A stretch of 63,460 nt of DNA, the filler included, from Lenisia limosa (Eukaryota > Protista > Breviatea): NCBI GenBank assembly GCA_001655205.1. It is 10 parts of 10 records of this genome, joined end to end, with 100 filler letters (N's around TTAATTAATTAA, not from the genome) between each part and the next. Parts side by side here need not be neighbours in the genome. Positions count along the whole stretch, not along the records: positions 26,173 to 30,559 come from LPNZ01008320.1; positions 30,660 to 37,912 come from LPNZ01007707.1; positions 38,013 to 46,635 come from LPNZ01005728.1; 7 more parts are not named here. One strand, 5' to 3'. The notes beneath the pieces were generated by a model that saw only the letters and a list, made by a program, of their open reading frames with translations, did not search any database and had not been told where the DNA came from. This document shows positions 26,270-40,029 of the stretch, in pieces (position 1 is the first letter of the stretch; each line of letters begins with the position of its first letter). The translations under genes and the position numbers were made by a program.

Positions 26270-28645
26270 GAATTCTCAGTCAAACACCCAAAGCTCGCTT
26301 CTTCAATCACCACAGTCTCTTGCGTTTGTGGGGGAGGACTATAATCCTAAGTCGGATTTTATGGGTGTTAAGTAGGAGTAAATGGAATTCCGGGGTCCTT
26401 AAGTCGGATTCTCGTCCTAATGCGACGGAGGATCATTCCTGCAACCGTAAGTCTTATCGGTTTATATTGTCAAGACTTATCGCAGTTATGGCATCTAGTA
26501 AATTTGTCAATTATTTGCACGCAGCCCTAATAATTACAATTCCAGGACGATTTCAAGCCTCAAAAGGCCAAGCCCCTTCATGGATGATGAGGATGATGCT
26601 GATGATGCCGCTTCACAAGAAACTGTAAAAGTATGCCAATATCAAAATAAGAATTAATTGCATCTATAATCCCTCACTTTCTCACCATCCTCTAGCATAC
26701 AGAGTGTAAAACCCCCGTCCCTCTCAGTTTATAGATAACACAACCCCCGTCGGCCAAATATTTTACGAGGATATGAGATATCATATCACTGCGTGGAAAA
26801 GATTGAAAATGATGCAGAAAGTTATTTGTCATGGAGTATACATGTATAATTAATAAGCCAATTTGACTCTTTAGGAGATCGTTCTTTCTCAAGATTCATG
26901 CCAGAGGCGAAGCAATTNNNNNNNNNNNNNNNNNNNNNNNNNNNNNNNNNNNNNNNNNNNNNNNNNNNNNNNNNNNNNNNNNNNNNNNNNNNNNNNNNNN
27001 NNNNNNNNNNNNNNNNNTGTTTATGGAAATATGTAATTAGGTCCTACAATGTTTCAACTATCTATTTCTACGATGATTTACCATCATAGATGTCCAGATA
27101 GTTAAAAACCCAGAGTACCCCCTTGCCGCCCAGGCTGATGACTATGATATGGAGCAAAACGACCACGATGGGTGAGTGAGTACAATATCTAGCAAAATTC
27201 ATGTTTTCCTATTCTCCAATATCTCGTTGAAGCGTGTGGATGGCTTCGACCAGATACAACCTTGTTTTTTTATTTCTCATTACCATTTTGCTTCAAAAAA
27301 AAATTCAGATATTTGAAAAATCACAGATATATTGACAGTATACCACATCATACTGGGAAAAGAACAGATATATTCTTCGTTTTATTGTATATTTTTGATA
27401 TTTTAGGAAATTAAAATTAATTACTTCTATCCAAACGCATTTCAGGGAACTCATCCTTTTTTTTTCTCCCAGTTTACTCTTTTATCCCCCCCCCCCCNNN
27501 NNNNNNNNNNNNNNNNNNNNNNNNNNNNNNNNNNNNNNNNNNNNNNNNNNNNNNNNNNNNNNNNNNNNNNNNNNNNNNNNNNNNNNNNNNNNNNNNNGAT
27601 TTCATGAAGAGATTGCCCCCTCATTTGGTTTGTTTAGGACTTTTCTCTGAAAAACGAGCAGTCAAATATTTGTCAAATTGTGTATAAATTATGAAATCCA
27701 ATGTCTTTGTCTTCGGTCGAATACCATCTTATTTCTCATCTCTTCTCCTTTTCTTATGTTTATAATTTTGACTCGAAAGTCGGTCATATGATCATATCAC
27801 TAGTGGATATGGATTACCATCTCTTACCCTTTTCTTATGTTTACAGAAGGAGCACTTCCGCCCTGCTGTTGTCAAAGCCATTAAAGCTGAACAGGTATGT
27901 ACATACAGCTTTGTTTTCATCAAAGGCAATTGTTTACAAAGACCTTGTTTTTCAATAGTACCATCAAAATGAGTATCGGTAATAATGTTAGCAATTGTCT
28001 CTCTTGACTTTTTAGAACAAAGTCGCCGCAGAAGTTCCCTCTGACACTGCTCGAAAACTTGCCGGCTATTCATGGGCATACCAAAACTCCCCCTCTTTCA
28101 GAGGTATGAGTTGGGAGCATCTTCTTCAAAATGCAATTAATTATGATGTATTATATCTCTTTATTTTGAGCCAGATAAATGCTCTTGTTGCTAAGATATT
28201 TTTATTGACCCTTATTTCCACAGCATATGTTGACGTCCTCTCTACTGCTGCCAATAACCTCTACAACTCAGACAAAGATGTGGGGGGGGGGGGCTAAACA
28301 CGAAAATTTCTCAGAATCCTAAAAATAATGGGATGTTTGATAGACTTTATTATTGCGATTGCTATTAATGAACTTGACATAATATAATCTACAATCTTTG
28401 TGCTTTTATCATCATTGTTTTTATAGCTTCACAATGACATATTTGACATGATGCTGGCTCTCCATCAGCTCCTTACAAACAGCATCATATCCGATATTAT
28501 TTTTTGTCATTATATCATGTTTTTCTCCTCATCCGAGGGTCTCCGGGAGGACGAGGGTGCGCATTGCGTGACAAAGTAGATTGTACTCTTACATTTTAGT
28601 TCGCCACTGCTGTCGACGTCGCTAAAGCGCAGATGTTTCCTCTCA
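26270..28645 (+). CDS. Multi-exon hypothetical protein, C-terminal part
   Basis: GT-AG exons SPFMDDEDDADDAASQETVK, DVQIVKNPEYPLAAQADDYDMEQNDHD, KEHFRPAVVKAIKAEQ, NKVAAEVPSDTARKLAGYSWAYQNSPLSE, AYVDVLSTAANNLYNSDKD, FATAVDVAKAQMFPLSQF*. Confidence 0.6.
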
Positions 28646-28809
28646 GCCAATTCTAAAACCCTCCCCACCCTCTTCCCCGCCGCCCATGTTTTTTTTTGTT
28701 AGTTATAGTATTGTTGTCAGTGGGGGGGGAGCCGTATGTATTTAGACTTTAATCCAATATCTCTTCTAAGCGTGATGGTGTGGACGGCACAAACTAATTT
28801 TTTATTTCT

Positions 28810-29620
28810 CATTGAGTATTTGCTTCCCAAGATTTTCACTAATTTGCTCCATGAACACTCTCAGAACGAAGCTACTTTGGAGCTCAAGCTGGATTGACGG
28901 GAGGGTGAAGAAAAGAGGACGGGACTATCACCACCATGATACAACGCCCAGCCCGGCTTCAGCTGCAGAGCCCTGGAAAATCAATCCCGTAATAATTAAT
29001 AACCCCTCACCCCGTCATGCCTCTCCTTTAAACCATACTTCACAACTCCACCCCCCCCCCCATATTATTCGTGATTTACTTCACTTTAGGATCCATAAAC
29101 AGTGAATATTAATGACATTCAGGAATTAATGTAGCCTTGCAACCCAACTTGTTTAAGTTAGTGGGTGGTTAGAAGGAAATATGACAAGGACGTGTAAGAG
29201 AGGAGTGATGGTTATTGTATATGTCGGAACGGGGAAGGTTTGGACGGCTTCGGAATGCGCAATAAATGGGGGATCTGCCCGAAGCCGTACACACTATTGT
29301 GTTTAAGAGTTTTATTTTATAAATGAGAAATAAAACAAGTTTGTTTCTGGTAGAAGCCCCCCCCCCCAAAAAAAAAAAANNNNNNNNNNNNNNNNNNNNN
29401 NNNNNNNNNNNNNNNNNNNNNNNNNNNNNNNNNNNNNNNNNNNNNNNNNNNNNNNNNNNNNNNNNNNNNNNNNTACCCCATTCCGACCTATTTTCAATAA
29501 CCTTCACCACACGTCCTTGGCATATTTCCAATCTAAGAACCTGATCTTTTCTCTTTCCACCCCCCTACAATAACTTTCAGTGCAGGAGGGCCTTCTTCGG
29601 TCAACTCCATTCGCTTCCCA
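28810..29620 (-). CDS. Terminal exons of a convergent minus-strand hypothetical gene
   Basis: Acceptors tcaccctcccgtcaatccag and ttttctag; last exon LELQSSFVLRVFMEQISENLGKQILNEK*. Confidence 0.4.
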
Positions 29621-30823
29621 CTAGAAAATAAAATAAAGTGGGAGTAAAATTGGAAAATTTATGAAATAAAATAAAAGCCCAAAATCAACTCGGTTGCCAA
29701 GCAACACAGGATAGTTAAGAACAACAAAACAAACAAAGCGCGGGCCAGTCGCTTCGGCAGCACTTCATCCCATCACTCCAGCGTGCATTAAAAATGGAAA
29801 TATTTATGTTACAAAAATGCACCTAATTTTGTTTTAAAAAAAGGGGGCAAATGTTTTAGGGGGGAGACACATACCTTGTCGGTTTGTAGATTTCACACTC
29901 GGACACACGTAGTCGAATAGTTTGGTCGAGATCGAACCAAACTGAAAATGTTACAAAAGTCATTTTTCTATTCTCTTGTATCCATAGAAAGTTGTAAGGG
30001 ACGGGAGAGGATTATGTTCACTATCCCTGTGTAAGGATTCCCGTCCGAAAAGACCATCAAAATATTATTAAAGTACACATTCATCAAGGGCTTCCCTACG
30101 GTCCGAAAAAGGCAGGTAAAATATCCAGGATTTATCGAAAAATTTCGTCGTTTTTTGGACCGCAGGGAAGCCCAATTGATTAATACTGAAAAATGTCTTG
30201 TTTGAGAATAGCAGAAAAAAAAAAAGAGAAAAAAAGTCATTATCACAAAAAATTCAAAGAATCCGTTTAAAACAATCATCAAAGAACCTTCAATAAACTT
30301 GTATCAATGAACAAGCCCACCCCTCTCACATTCGTTTTCGTCAGACTTCCAAAGGTACACCCCATCATTCCTGAAATGATCACAAAAGTTAGCAAAAGTT
30401 GACCCATATCCACTTAATCATATGACCGACTTTCGAGTCGAAATGATGAACGAAGATAGCATCAATGCGACTTGTCGGTCAAATATCATATGGGTGGGTA
30501 CCAGGTCTCAAATTATTCTCAAGACAATCAACATATTTATAAGTGTTTTTCATCATGAGNNNNNNNNNNNNNNNNNNNNNNNNNNNNNNNNNNNNNNNNN
30601 NNNTTAATTAATTAANNNNNNNNNNNNNNNNNNNNNNNNNNNNNNNNNNNNNNNNNNNNCCAACTCATACTGGGTGTTATCACAGGGTTTTGTTTCTTTC
30701 TTTTGTCTATTAATTCAACAACTGTAATTTACCCCACCCACCCGTGTGTGTTGTCAGCCAACAGAGTTGATTTCGGCTTTTTTTTATGTTTCATAATTTT
30801 ACAATTTTACCTCTCCACCACAG

Positions 30824-33800
30824 CAAGTACAAAGACATGGTGGACTCTAGGATCTTTTGACACCTCATCATCGACGTTTTTCACCAATCTGGTATGAGTC
30901 TTTTTTTACCAATCGTTTGATATCTTGTTAGTTCACCCATATCCACTTGTGATATGATCATATGACCGACTTTTAAATCGAAATGATGGAAGAAGATAAA
31001 GGTTCATCCCGAGTGTACTAGGGTATCATTGAGACCTGTCGTTCAATTATCATAGTATCATATCACTGCGTGGACAATAATACTTCACCCTTGTGAAAAC
31101 GATTCAAAAAGTGGGGTATGATGTTGTTCTTGCTTGTTTTTTTTTTNNNNNNNNNNNNNNNNNNNNNNNNNNNNNNNNNNNNNNNNNNNNNNNNNNNNNN
31201 NNNNNNNNNNNNNNNNNNNNNNNNNNNNNNNNNNNNNNNNNNNNNNNNNNNNNNNNNNNNNNNNNNNNNNNNNNNNNNNNNNNNGACAGGTCAGGGCTTT
31301 GTTTGTTGGAGTTATGGGATGCGGTGCTGCAGAAGAGACTGGTCAGGGCTTTGTTTGTTTTTTATCAACCCTCATGTGTTCCAGCCAACAGAGTTGATTT
31401 TGGCCTGTTTTTTTTGTTTCAGATACATTTTCCCATTTCACCCCCGCCCCCCTCCCACAGGAAGATTCTGGCTCATGGATGCAAGTTTTTTATGGGGGCG
31501 CCATCCCAGTTACAGATGTTGTAGTCAGTGTGAGCCTCCCGCACTCCGAGGCTGCATTTCTCACGACAGGTATGGGCCAATGAGGGCAGCTGTAATATGA
31601 TAACCCATATGTACTCGAAACATGATAACCCATATTCATGTTAACTATTAGGGCTTCACTTCGGTTCGAAAAAAGACTGAATTTTTCGAGAAATCTTCGA
31701 AAATTATTTACTGTTGCTTTTCGAACCGAAGTGAAGCTCTAATAACAATATCGTATCATATTATCTTGTCTTACTATCATATACAGTGTCAGGATAAGTC
31801 TTGACCGATTTGCTTTGTGGACAAGATTAATATCCCGATCACACGGTGCTGCAGAAACGACTGGTCTTTGCTTTGTTTTGTTGTTCTTAACCCTCGTATG
31901 TTGTCAGCCAACAGGGTTGATTTTGGGCCTTTGTTTGTCAGAATATTCTCCAATCCCCCCCCCCCCCAGACANNNNNNNNNNNNNNNNNNNNNNNNNNNN
32001 NNNNNTTGGTGTGGGCACTCAGGCTTTCACAATCTTTGAACCAGCCCTGGTATGGGGGGATATTCACAACAATATTTTTTTCCAAAATAAAAATAAAATG
32101 GACTGAACCACCTTAACTCTGGCTCCAACTTTCCTCCAAAATATTCACGTTCATCCTTCTTCTTTCTTATCCCCAGGTGATTGGCCTTCCAAGTGCCCCC
32201 AAAGCCCTTTCCACTTTTGAAATTTCAATGGTTTATGGACCTGGTATTTCAGTCAGCGCAAATATCGTTTTGACAAGTAAGATGGGTGGGGTAAATATAC
32301 CTATGTTTTATAGTTTCCCTTCGTGCAAAATGAACATCTCACTTGTGGAACTGGTATATTTTCCGACTGCGATAAGTAACTGGTATTGAGGTATATTTTT
32401 GTCACTCGTGTCAAGATCTATCTCCGTCACTGTATGTATGATCAAGCCAACATAGAGAATCGTTGGGTTCTTTTGTTTCATAAATTTTCTTTTATCCCTC
32501 CAACCCCAGAATCAAATATTCTGTTCCGAGCAGGGAGTAGGCTTTTCACTCCTTCTCCTGAAATATCTTCTCAAGTTTTTGAAGAGGTAAATGAGAACCT
32601 GTTCTTGATAGTATCATATCTACTCCAAGTAGGGCTTCATTTCGGTTCGAAATAAGACTGAATTTCCTGATCTTCGAAAGATATTGTATCGGTATTTTTC
32701 GAAGGGAAACCGTTAACTCCGCCTTTCAACTCTGTACACACTGCTTTCTGCGTGCCTCCCCATTTTATGCTATTATGCAGCCTTTCCCCTGTTAACTTCT
32801 CCAGATTTTGAAGGACGTTACAGCAGTGACGGTTTCGCAGTGTGGAGATACACAATTTCTGACTTACATCGAAGGTAAGATTCAGGTCTAATGATATCCT
32901 AAAGGAAATCGGTCAAGACCCAGGTCACTGTAAAATCAGACTATGTATTCCCAGAGTTGTAAGGCAAATGGTTAGGTAAATTAATATTATAATATATAAT
33001 CCAATATCTTTTATAAACGTGATGTGGACGGCTTCTGCCCAATACAACCTTCTTTTTTCATATCCCTTACATCTCTACATCCAACCTTAAAATTTTAGGA
33101 GGAAACCTCTACATAACTCGTAACAATGCTACGGACCTCTCTACAACCCCCCTGGTAAGGGAAATTATGAGGGTTTCTCTACGGTCCAAAAAGGACCTGT
33201 GAATTATGGATAGCTATGTATCAAGGATCTATCAAGTGAAACGATAGTTAATTCTATACAATATTATACTTTGATTCAATATCTCTTATTGTGGATGGCT
33301 TCGGCCAGGTATTAATAACACACTTTTTTTATTTCTCATTGCTATTATATTAATAACAATCTTAGTTTTTTATTTCTCATTGCTATACATATTTACAATT
33401 ATATTACCCTATTAATAACAAACCATTAGCCTCACCACCCAATGCTTAGGCCAAAACCAATCCAATAGCTAGTTTTACACGTCCTTCACGTATTTCCAAT
33501 GTAAGATCCTGCTATTTTCACCCTCCTCACAGCCATCGGGCGGTTTTGTTTCCGTCTCAAGCTATTCCATGGGAGGCTCTGAGAGGAGTGTTGTCATTGC
33601 TGTTAAATGTTTGAGGGAGGGGGAGGGGGGGTACCCTGTACCCTCCAGGGGCTCCTAGCGACGCTTGCGGAGCTACTCAAGGGGAGATTTTGGGGGGTCC
33701 ATAGTGGGGAGGGGAGATGGCGCATTTTTGTTTTCTTTAATATGTTAGGGTTATTTTTAAAACAAGAGAAATAATATATACATACATTAGAATCTGGGGA

Positions 33801-36800
33801 AACAAATAAATACATAGGGATACCATGAACAAATTACCATGCTTCAAGAGGAGGTAGCGCACTCATGTTCTTTCCTGTATTGGCAAAAGGAATGCTACAT
33901 ACTCTTTTGTTTCAGCTAATATCATAGACATTAATTGTCATTTGAACCCTCTTTCTTTCTTTTTTTTTTTTTGAGATTTCATAAAATACAAATCCATTCA
34001 CGTCATACAGCAAATGGAGCAGTATATTCATTGGGAATGCGAACGACTTTGCAATCTGCTAGCTGCGAAGCTACCGATGATGGATTGACGCTGGTGCATC
34101 TCACAACCTTGAGCAGTGGTGGGGGGGGGGGGNNNNNNNNNNNNNNNNNNNNNNNNNNNNNNNNNNNNNNNNNNNNNNNNNNNNNNNNNNNNNNNNNNNN
34201 NNNNNNNNNNNNNNNNNNNNNNNNNNNNNNNNNNNNNNNNNNNNNNNNNNNNNNNNNNNNNNNNNNAGGAATAGAAAGATATAAAAAATAAGGTTGTATC
34301 TGTCCGAAGCCGTTTACACCATCACGCTTATGCATTATATTGTAATATTATTCACGCAGTCATTTGCCTTAAAACTCAAAACACTGATTTTTCGACCCTC
34401 GAAAGCTATCGATATTATACCAGTCTTTTTCGACCTTCGAAAGGTATCAATATTTTAGCAGTCTTTTTCGAACCTCGAAATCTATCGATATTTCGCCAGT
34501 CTTTTTCGTGCCGAAGTAAAGGCCATTTCTAAATGGGAATGGGATGATTGGGGGTAGAGGCCGGGAGAAGAGGGTTAATTTCAGGGCCCGTCCAATTAAT
34601 TGAAAAATTATTTTCATAATTTGACATGACTTATTGTTATGGGAACTCAATTTCAGACATTTAATTTCAAATTTTTTGTCAATTAATTTCTTCAAAAAAT
34701 AATTGCATGGAGTCGTGGTTTATTTGGAAGCAGTATTTGTGCCTTCGTAAAGCTCAAGCATCAACTGGATAACAATTTAATTTGATAGCTATTTAGGCTA
34801 CTCTTATTTGATAGCAGTTTAACCAATTCAAAGAATGTAATGCAAATAACTTTTGCGCAGATAGTCCTTTGAAGACTTTAATATGATACGCATCAAATAT
34901 ATTAATAGCACTTCATATCATATAATATAGATTATAATTAAAAGTTAAAAACAATTGTGGTTTTATTTTTTTTAAAAAAAAAAATATGCGGAAAGTACTC
35001 ACATTTACTTTAATTTAGGCTACTCTCATTTGACCTCTGAACGGCATGCCTATCCCATGTTCTCTTCTGGTTGGGGGGAACTACGATCTTTTCCATTTCA
35101 CACCAATGGGATGCTGCAGAAGCGACTGGCCTGTGCTTTGTTGGAATGATGGGATGCTGCAAAAGCGACTGGCCTGGGCTTTCTTGCTTTTTTTTTTTGT
35201 TTCACAAATTTTCCAAATGTACTCCACCCCCTTTTATCGGTTTTTTTTTTGTGAGGGGGTTGTTGGGGGATCCCTTACACGTCCTTTGCATATTGCCTAT
35301 CTAAGATCCTGCTCTTTTACGCTCCCTCCCTCAACAGGAGCCAATAGGAAAGTCCTCTCGAACTCCCTGGCCCTTTACTCCAAGACCAACAATGAATTTT
35401 ACCCCCACCCGGGGAGGCAGGTGGGGGGGGGGNNNNNNNNNNNNNNNNNNNNNNNNNNNNNNNNNNNNNNNNNNNNNNNNNNNNNNNNNNTGAAAGTAGG
35501 ATCATAGAGATTATAGTAGGACCATAATGATAAAGTCTCTATTGAAACTAAAAACTAGGATAACTCTATTGAAACTAGGATCATAGAGATCCGGCTGTTG
35601 AGTGTACTCAAAGAAACATCCACAGGAAACGACAGAAACTAGGATAAACCGTGCGTCTTCATGTTAACTGGACGTGATGAAGAAGAGCCTGGCCTATTTT
35701 ACCCCCCCCCCCCNNNNNNNNNNNNNNNNNNNNNNNNNNNNNNNNNNNNNNNNNNNNNNNNNNNNNNNNNNNNNNNNNNNNNNNNNNNNNNNNNNNNNNN
35801 NNNNNNNNNNNNNNNNNNNNNNNNNNNNNNNNNNNNNNNNNNNNNNNNNNNNNAACTTCCTCACCAACTCCAATGGGGTAAGCGTGGGGCTACACTTCGG
35901 TTTGAAATAAGACTAAATTTCTCGATAAATATTTGAAAACTATCGATATTTTACTGGGGGTTTTTTTGAACCGAAGGGAAGCCCTTCCCCTTAACAGCCA
36001 ATACTGCTTCAATCCTATAGTCTCACCTGCATCACCATAGTCTCACCCATTCACCCATCCCTTTGAAGACGTTAAACATATTCCAACACCCACATCACAT
36101 TTTAGGACCGTCTCACTGGCTTCAAGTCTCCCCCAGTCGAACTTGTTGGCGTACAGAGCTACGAGCTGTCGTCGCTGATGTTCGACCTAGGTATCAGGGA
36201 GGGGGGTGAAATATGATACGGTGTGGATGATGGGGATATTGATTCTGAATAATGTGTGCGTGTGTTAATGATGTGTGCGTGTTTGATCGGGCACCACATT
36301 TAATTTTTCTCGTGATGGTGTGGAAGGCTTCGCCCAGATACAACCTTATTTTTTGTATTTCTCATTGCTATATATTATGTTTTGATTATTTTGAATACAG
36401 CATCAGTTGTTCACTATCCTAAGACAAATGATGGTCTTTCTATACTCAAATATATCTTATAAGTAGGGCTTCACTTCGGTCCGAAAAAGACCGGTAAAAT
36501 ATCGATATTTATCAATCTTCCTACTTAGAAGCGTGATTTTGTGGACGGATTGGTCGGATACAACCTTGTATTATTATCTCTATCTAATCTGACTTTACAT
36601 ATCTCGTTTTCATTATTTATAAATCAAAAAAAGACGAATTTCTCGAAAACTCCTCGAAAACTATCGATATTTTCTTGAACCTTAGATATTCGGTTTTCAT
36701 TATTTAGAGTATCAATCCTGTTTTGTTTTGACTCTTCAGGAACATCCATTTACGGGCTTGATAACGCCACTGACACCCCTGTAAGTTATACAATATTTCA

Positions 36801-37055
36801 TTTAATATAACTTCTTGGTCAATTTGTGGTTACAAAAATGGACCAAGAAGTGACATGGAATATAGCTATTCACTTTTCATATCACTACTTAGGCTATTTG
36901 TAAGTTCTTCTTGTAACTTTTGACGAGTCCTTTACATATTTCCTATTTAAGATCCTGCTCTTTTTGCTCAGTTATCCCCCAGGTCACCTTTAGCGTCTCT
37001 GACAGCGACACCACAAGAGGCCATTGCTACCCAAAAGGCTTTTGCATTTTCAGTG
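30824..37055 (+). CDS. Multi-exon hypothetical, probably extracellular, protein; partial
   Basis: Short GT-AG exons ASTKTWWTLGSFDTSSSTFFTNL, EDSGSWMQVFYGGAIPVTDVVVSVSLPH, VIGLPSAPKALSTFEISMVYGP, DRLTGFKSPPVELVGVQSYELSSLMFDL, VTFSVSDSDTTRGHCYPKGFCIFS. Confidence 0.55.
31285..31460 (+). repeat. Intron-3'-end module D (longest copy), ending at the acceptor AG
   Basis: gggatgcggtgctgcagaagcgactggtcagggctttg..atcaaccctcgtgtgttgtcagccaacagagttgattttgg..tttcataaattttccaattttactcccccccag. Acceptor-forming copies: 5544-5645(-), 11298-11376(-), 14098-14194(-), 21971-22088(-), 24003-24063(-), 29621-29790(-), 30735-30823(+), 31841-31969(+), 47238-47295(+). Confidence 0.85.
31650..31740. mobile_element. 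MITE family A copy with TA on both sides
   Basis: ta|gggcttcacttcggttcgaaa...ttttcgaaccgaagtgaagctc|ta; 8195-8281 and 22966-23036 are also TA-flanked. Confidence 0.9.
33478..33532 (+). repeat. Intron-3'-end module E (CACGTCCTT..CATATTTCC.AT.TAAGATCCTGCT.TTTT)
   Basis: Copies 33478-33532, 35277-35337 and 36925-36982 each run into a C-rich acceptor AG; a further copy is at 29508-29570. Confidence 0.75.
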
Positions 37056-38189
37056 GGTGGGCTTGTTTGTAGTGAATGTGTGAAAGGGGAGGTAAGGGGG
37101 CCTTACAATATATAGTGACTGGGATAATCTTGACCGATTTGCGATGTGATATACAGTGACCGGGATAAGTCTTGACCGATTTGCTATGTGACCGGGACCG
37201 ATTTGCTATGTGATATATAGTGACCGGGATAAGTCTTATTTTTACTCATTTGCTGATGCACTTTAGGATATTCGGGAACCTCATCTGCGAGGATCTTTTC
37301 CTATAAAGTGGGCAGGTTCTTTTGTGTGATATTTGATCGACAAGTGTGAATGACACTCTGTTACACTCGGGATGAACCCTCGTGTTGTCTTTTCGACTCA
37401 ATTGTCGGTCAATTAATCGCATCAGTTGAAGAGTCAACACATATACATTTCCATACAGTATATATTTGTTTTTATCCATGACCGCAATATGTTCTAAAAG
37501 AACATTGGGCTTTATCTTTGTAATCCTGGGACCCTCCTCCCCCCTACTCCTGGGATTGACCGATTTCCTTTGTGATATACAGTGACTGGGATAAGCCTTG
37601 ACCGATTTGACATGATTTCCCAAGGACTCATCCCATCCCAGTCACTCTACATAGTATAGTATCTCTAAAAAGCCATGGGGGTGGGGACTCCTTTATTGTA
37701 ACCAGCTTTGCTGGGGAGTGGGGTCGGCTTAGATACTAGGTATACATTTGGTACATATTATACATATGGGGTTATGGCTTCAAGCCGAAAATTAGGTGTA
37801 TGTTATATATTATCTGATATCATATATTACAAAAACATAGCTAAATATATATCTAGGTGACTATACATGAACGCGAACACTCCCATGAACGCGAACGCTT
37901 TTTAGAAACACCNNNNNNNNNNNNNNNNNNNNNNNNNNNNNNNNNNNNNNNNNNNNTTAATTAATTAANNNNNNNNNNNNNNNNNNNNNNNNNNNNNNNN
38001 NNNNNNNNNNNNAGTTCCAATGATCATCATGAAGAGGAAACTGCCCTTCTTGAGCCCAGAGTACGCCCTACAATATCAGTAGCTGGAAAGAGCACAATGA
38101 TCCATACTATACTATTCATATACTATGTAGAAATCGAGGATCAAGTATTTTTCAAGTATTTATGGAGGATTTATCGAGGATATAATAAT

Positions 38190-39685
38190 GTCTTGTAGCC
38201 CAGAAAGACTCTTCCAAACCCCTGTATACCCGGCATAGAAGATGGTCACGAAGTAGATTGATATGGCCATTTCAGACCACTGGCTCAGAGCTGCAATGTT
38301 ATTAATGTTATAATATATGATATGTTATAATACCATGTTTGAAAATGCTGTTAATAGATTTGATGTTCATAGTGTCAACATAATGTTAAAACTGTTGTTG
38401 TTGATGATAATGATTTTAGTAATGCTGATGTTGATGTACAGTTATAATGTTGAAAAGCTTTTAATGATGCTTACACAAGAGCATGAAAATTGTAATCAAA
38501 TTATCAAACCAAAATCCTGCACCCCACCATCATTATTAACGAACCAGACGCTGAGGAGGAACAGGGCGGTACCCCACATCAGACTCATAGCGAACTGCAG
38601 TCTGGGCCGGGTTAGGGTCGNNNNNNNNNNNNNNNNNNNNNNNNNNNNNNNNNNNNNNNNNNNNNNNNNNNNNNNNNNNNNNNNNNNNNNNNNNNNNNNN
38701 NNNNNNNNNNNNNNNNNNNNNNNNNNNNNNNNNNNNNNNNNNNNNNNNNNNNNNNNNNTTTAAAACACAATAAACCAGCTATGGCCACTCTTCAAATCAT
38801 TCTTTTCTCAGTCCTCCCCATATATACAAGTCTAATACCCCCCCATACCCAGGCATAATGGTGATGGCAATCTTGCGGAATGCCAAGTACCGAATAGCAG
38901 CATATATCACAATAAACTGAGAGAGTAAATATGTGAATAAAAAGGCCCAGACTCAACTCTGTTGGCTTGGTTGGGTTGGAACAACAAAACAACTACATAT
39001 TGTCTCAACTTGCCAGGTAGAAAAAAAGGGAAGAAACAAAAGGAAGAAATAATAATTAAAAAAAACAACGACTAATCCCTCATATGATTCTGAAAAACTG
39101 GTGCAACACATCTGAGGTTTGAAAAAACAAAAAGGAAGAGGGCGGTCCAATCAACAGGTAAACATAAACNNNNNNNNNNNNNNNNNNNNNNNNNNNNNNN
39201 NNNNNNNNNNNNNNNNNNNNNNNNNNNNNNNNNNNNNNNNNNNNNNNNNNNNNNNNNNNNNNNNNNNNNNNNNNNNNNNNNNNNNNNNNTCATGCGACTG
39301 TGATTATAAGATCAATGTAGCCACAGTAATAGTAATCCTGGCAGAATGAAGGAAACGCAGAACACCTCTCAACGGACCAATATCCGCCATGTCCATCCTT
39401 TCGCCCTTCTTCCCCACAATGGCAGCCACCAAAACGCCAATGACTGAGTCGAACGCATGGTCGTCGATGTCAAGATGGCTAAGATGATCAGACAAGGAAA
39501 GCGGGATGGAAACGAACTTTTGAAGGTATGCCAGGGCAAGGAAGAAAACAGCCATCAAAGGTGCTGCAGTCTGGAAGGTTATAAGAAACAAAGAAGCGAA
39601 TGGACAATTACCGCGGCCTCTTGGAGGGTTGAGATCCAACGAAGGGACTGCAGCTCAAATGACTCATGCATTGTGGAATCCATCT
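38190..39685 (-). CDS. Multi-pass membrane protein of unknown family
   Basis: MDSTMHESFELQSLRWISTLQEAA/TAAPLMAVFFLALAYLQKFV..FDSVIGVLVAAIVGK../FIVIYAAIRYLAFRKIAITIMP/LQFAMSLMWGTALFLLSVWF/ALSQWSEMAISIYFVTIFYAGY; divergent from the prefoldin gene. Confidence 0.6.
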
Positions 39686-40029
39686 TCGATTATTCTTCAA
39701 AGATGTATAACTAGGTGAAACGAGGGTCCCGATGTCGGGATAAGCAAATGAAGAAACAACCCCAACACTACTGACACATTCTCAACAAAATCTACCCATT
39801 AATAAATCTATTCCTTCTTTAATTGGTCACAGTCAAGCCTCCTCTGACTCGGAAACCAAGAACATTTTTCGGGAAATTGAAAACCTTATATACTCGCGCC
39901 ACGTGCGCGTGACTATTTAAAGAATTTTGAATTTTCACAATTGCCTGTTTCGCATTAATTTAAGAGCTATTTACGCTTATTTCACCTACTAAAACAAGTT
40001 AACCCTAGTATTTTTTGTAAGTTTACACA

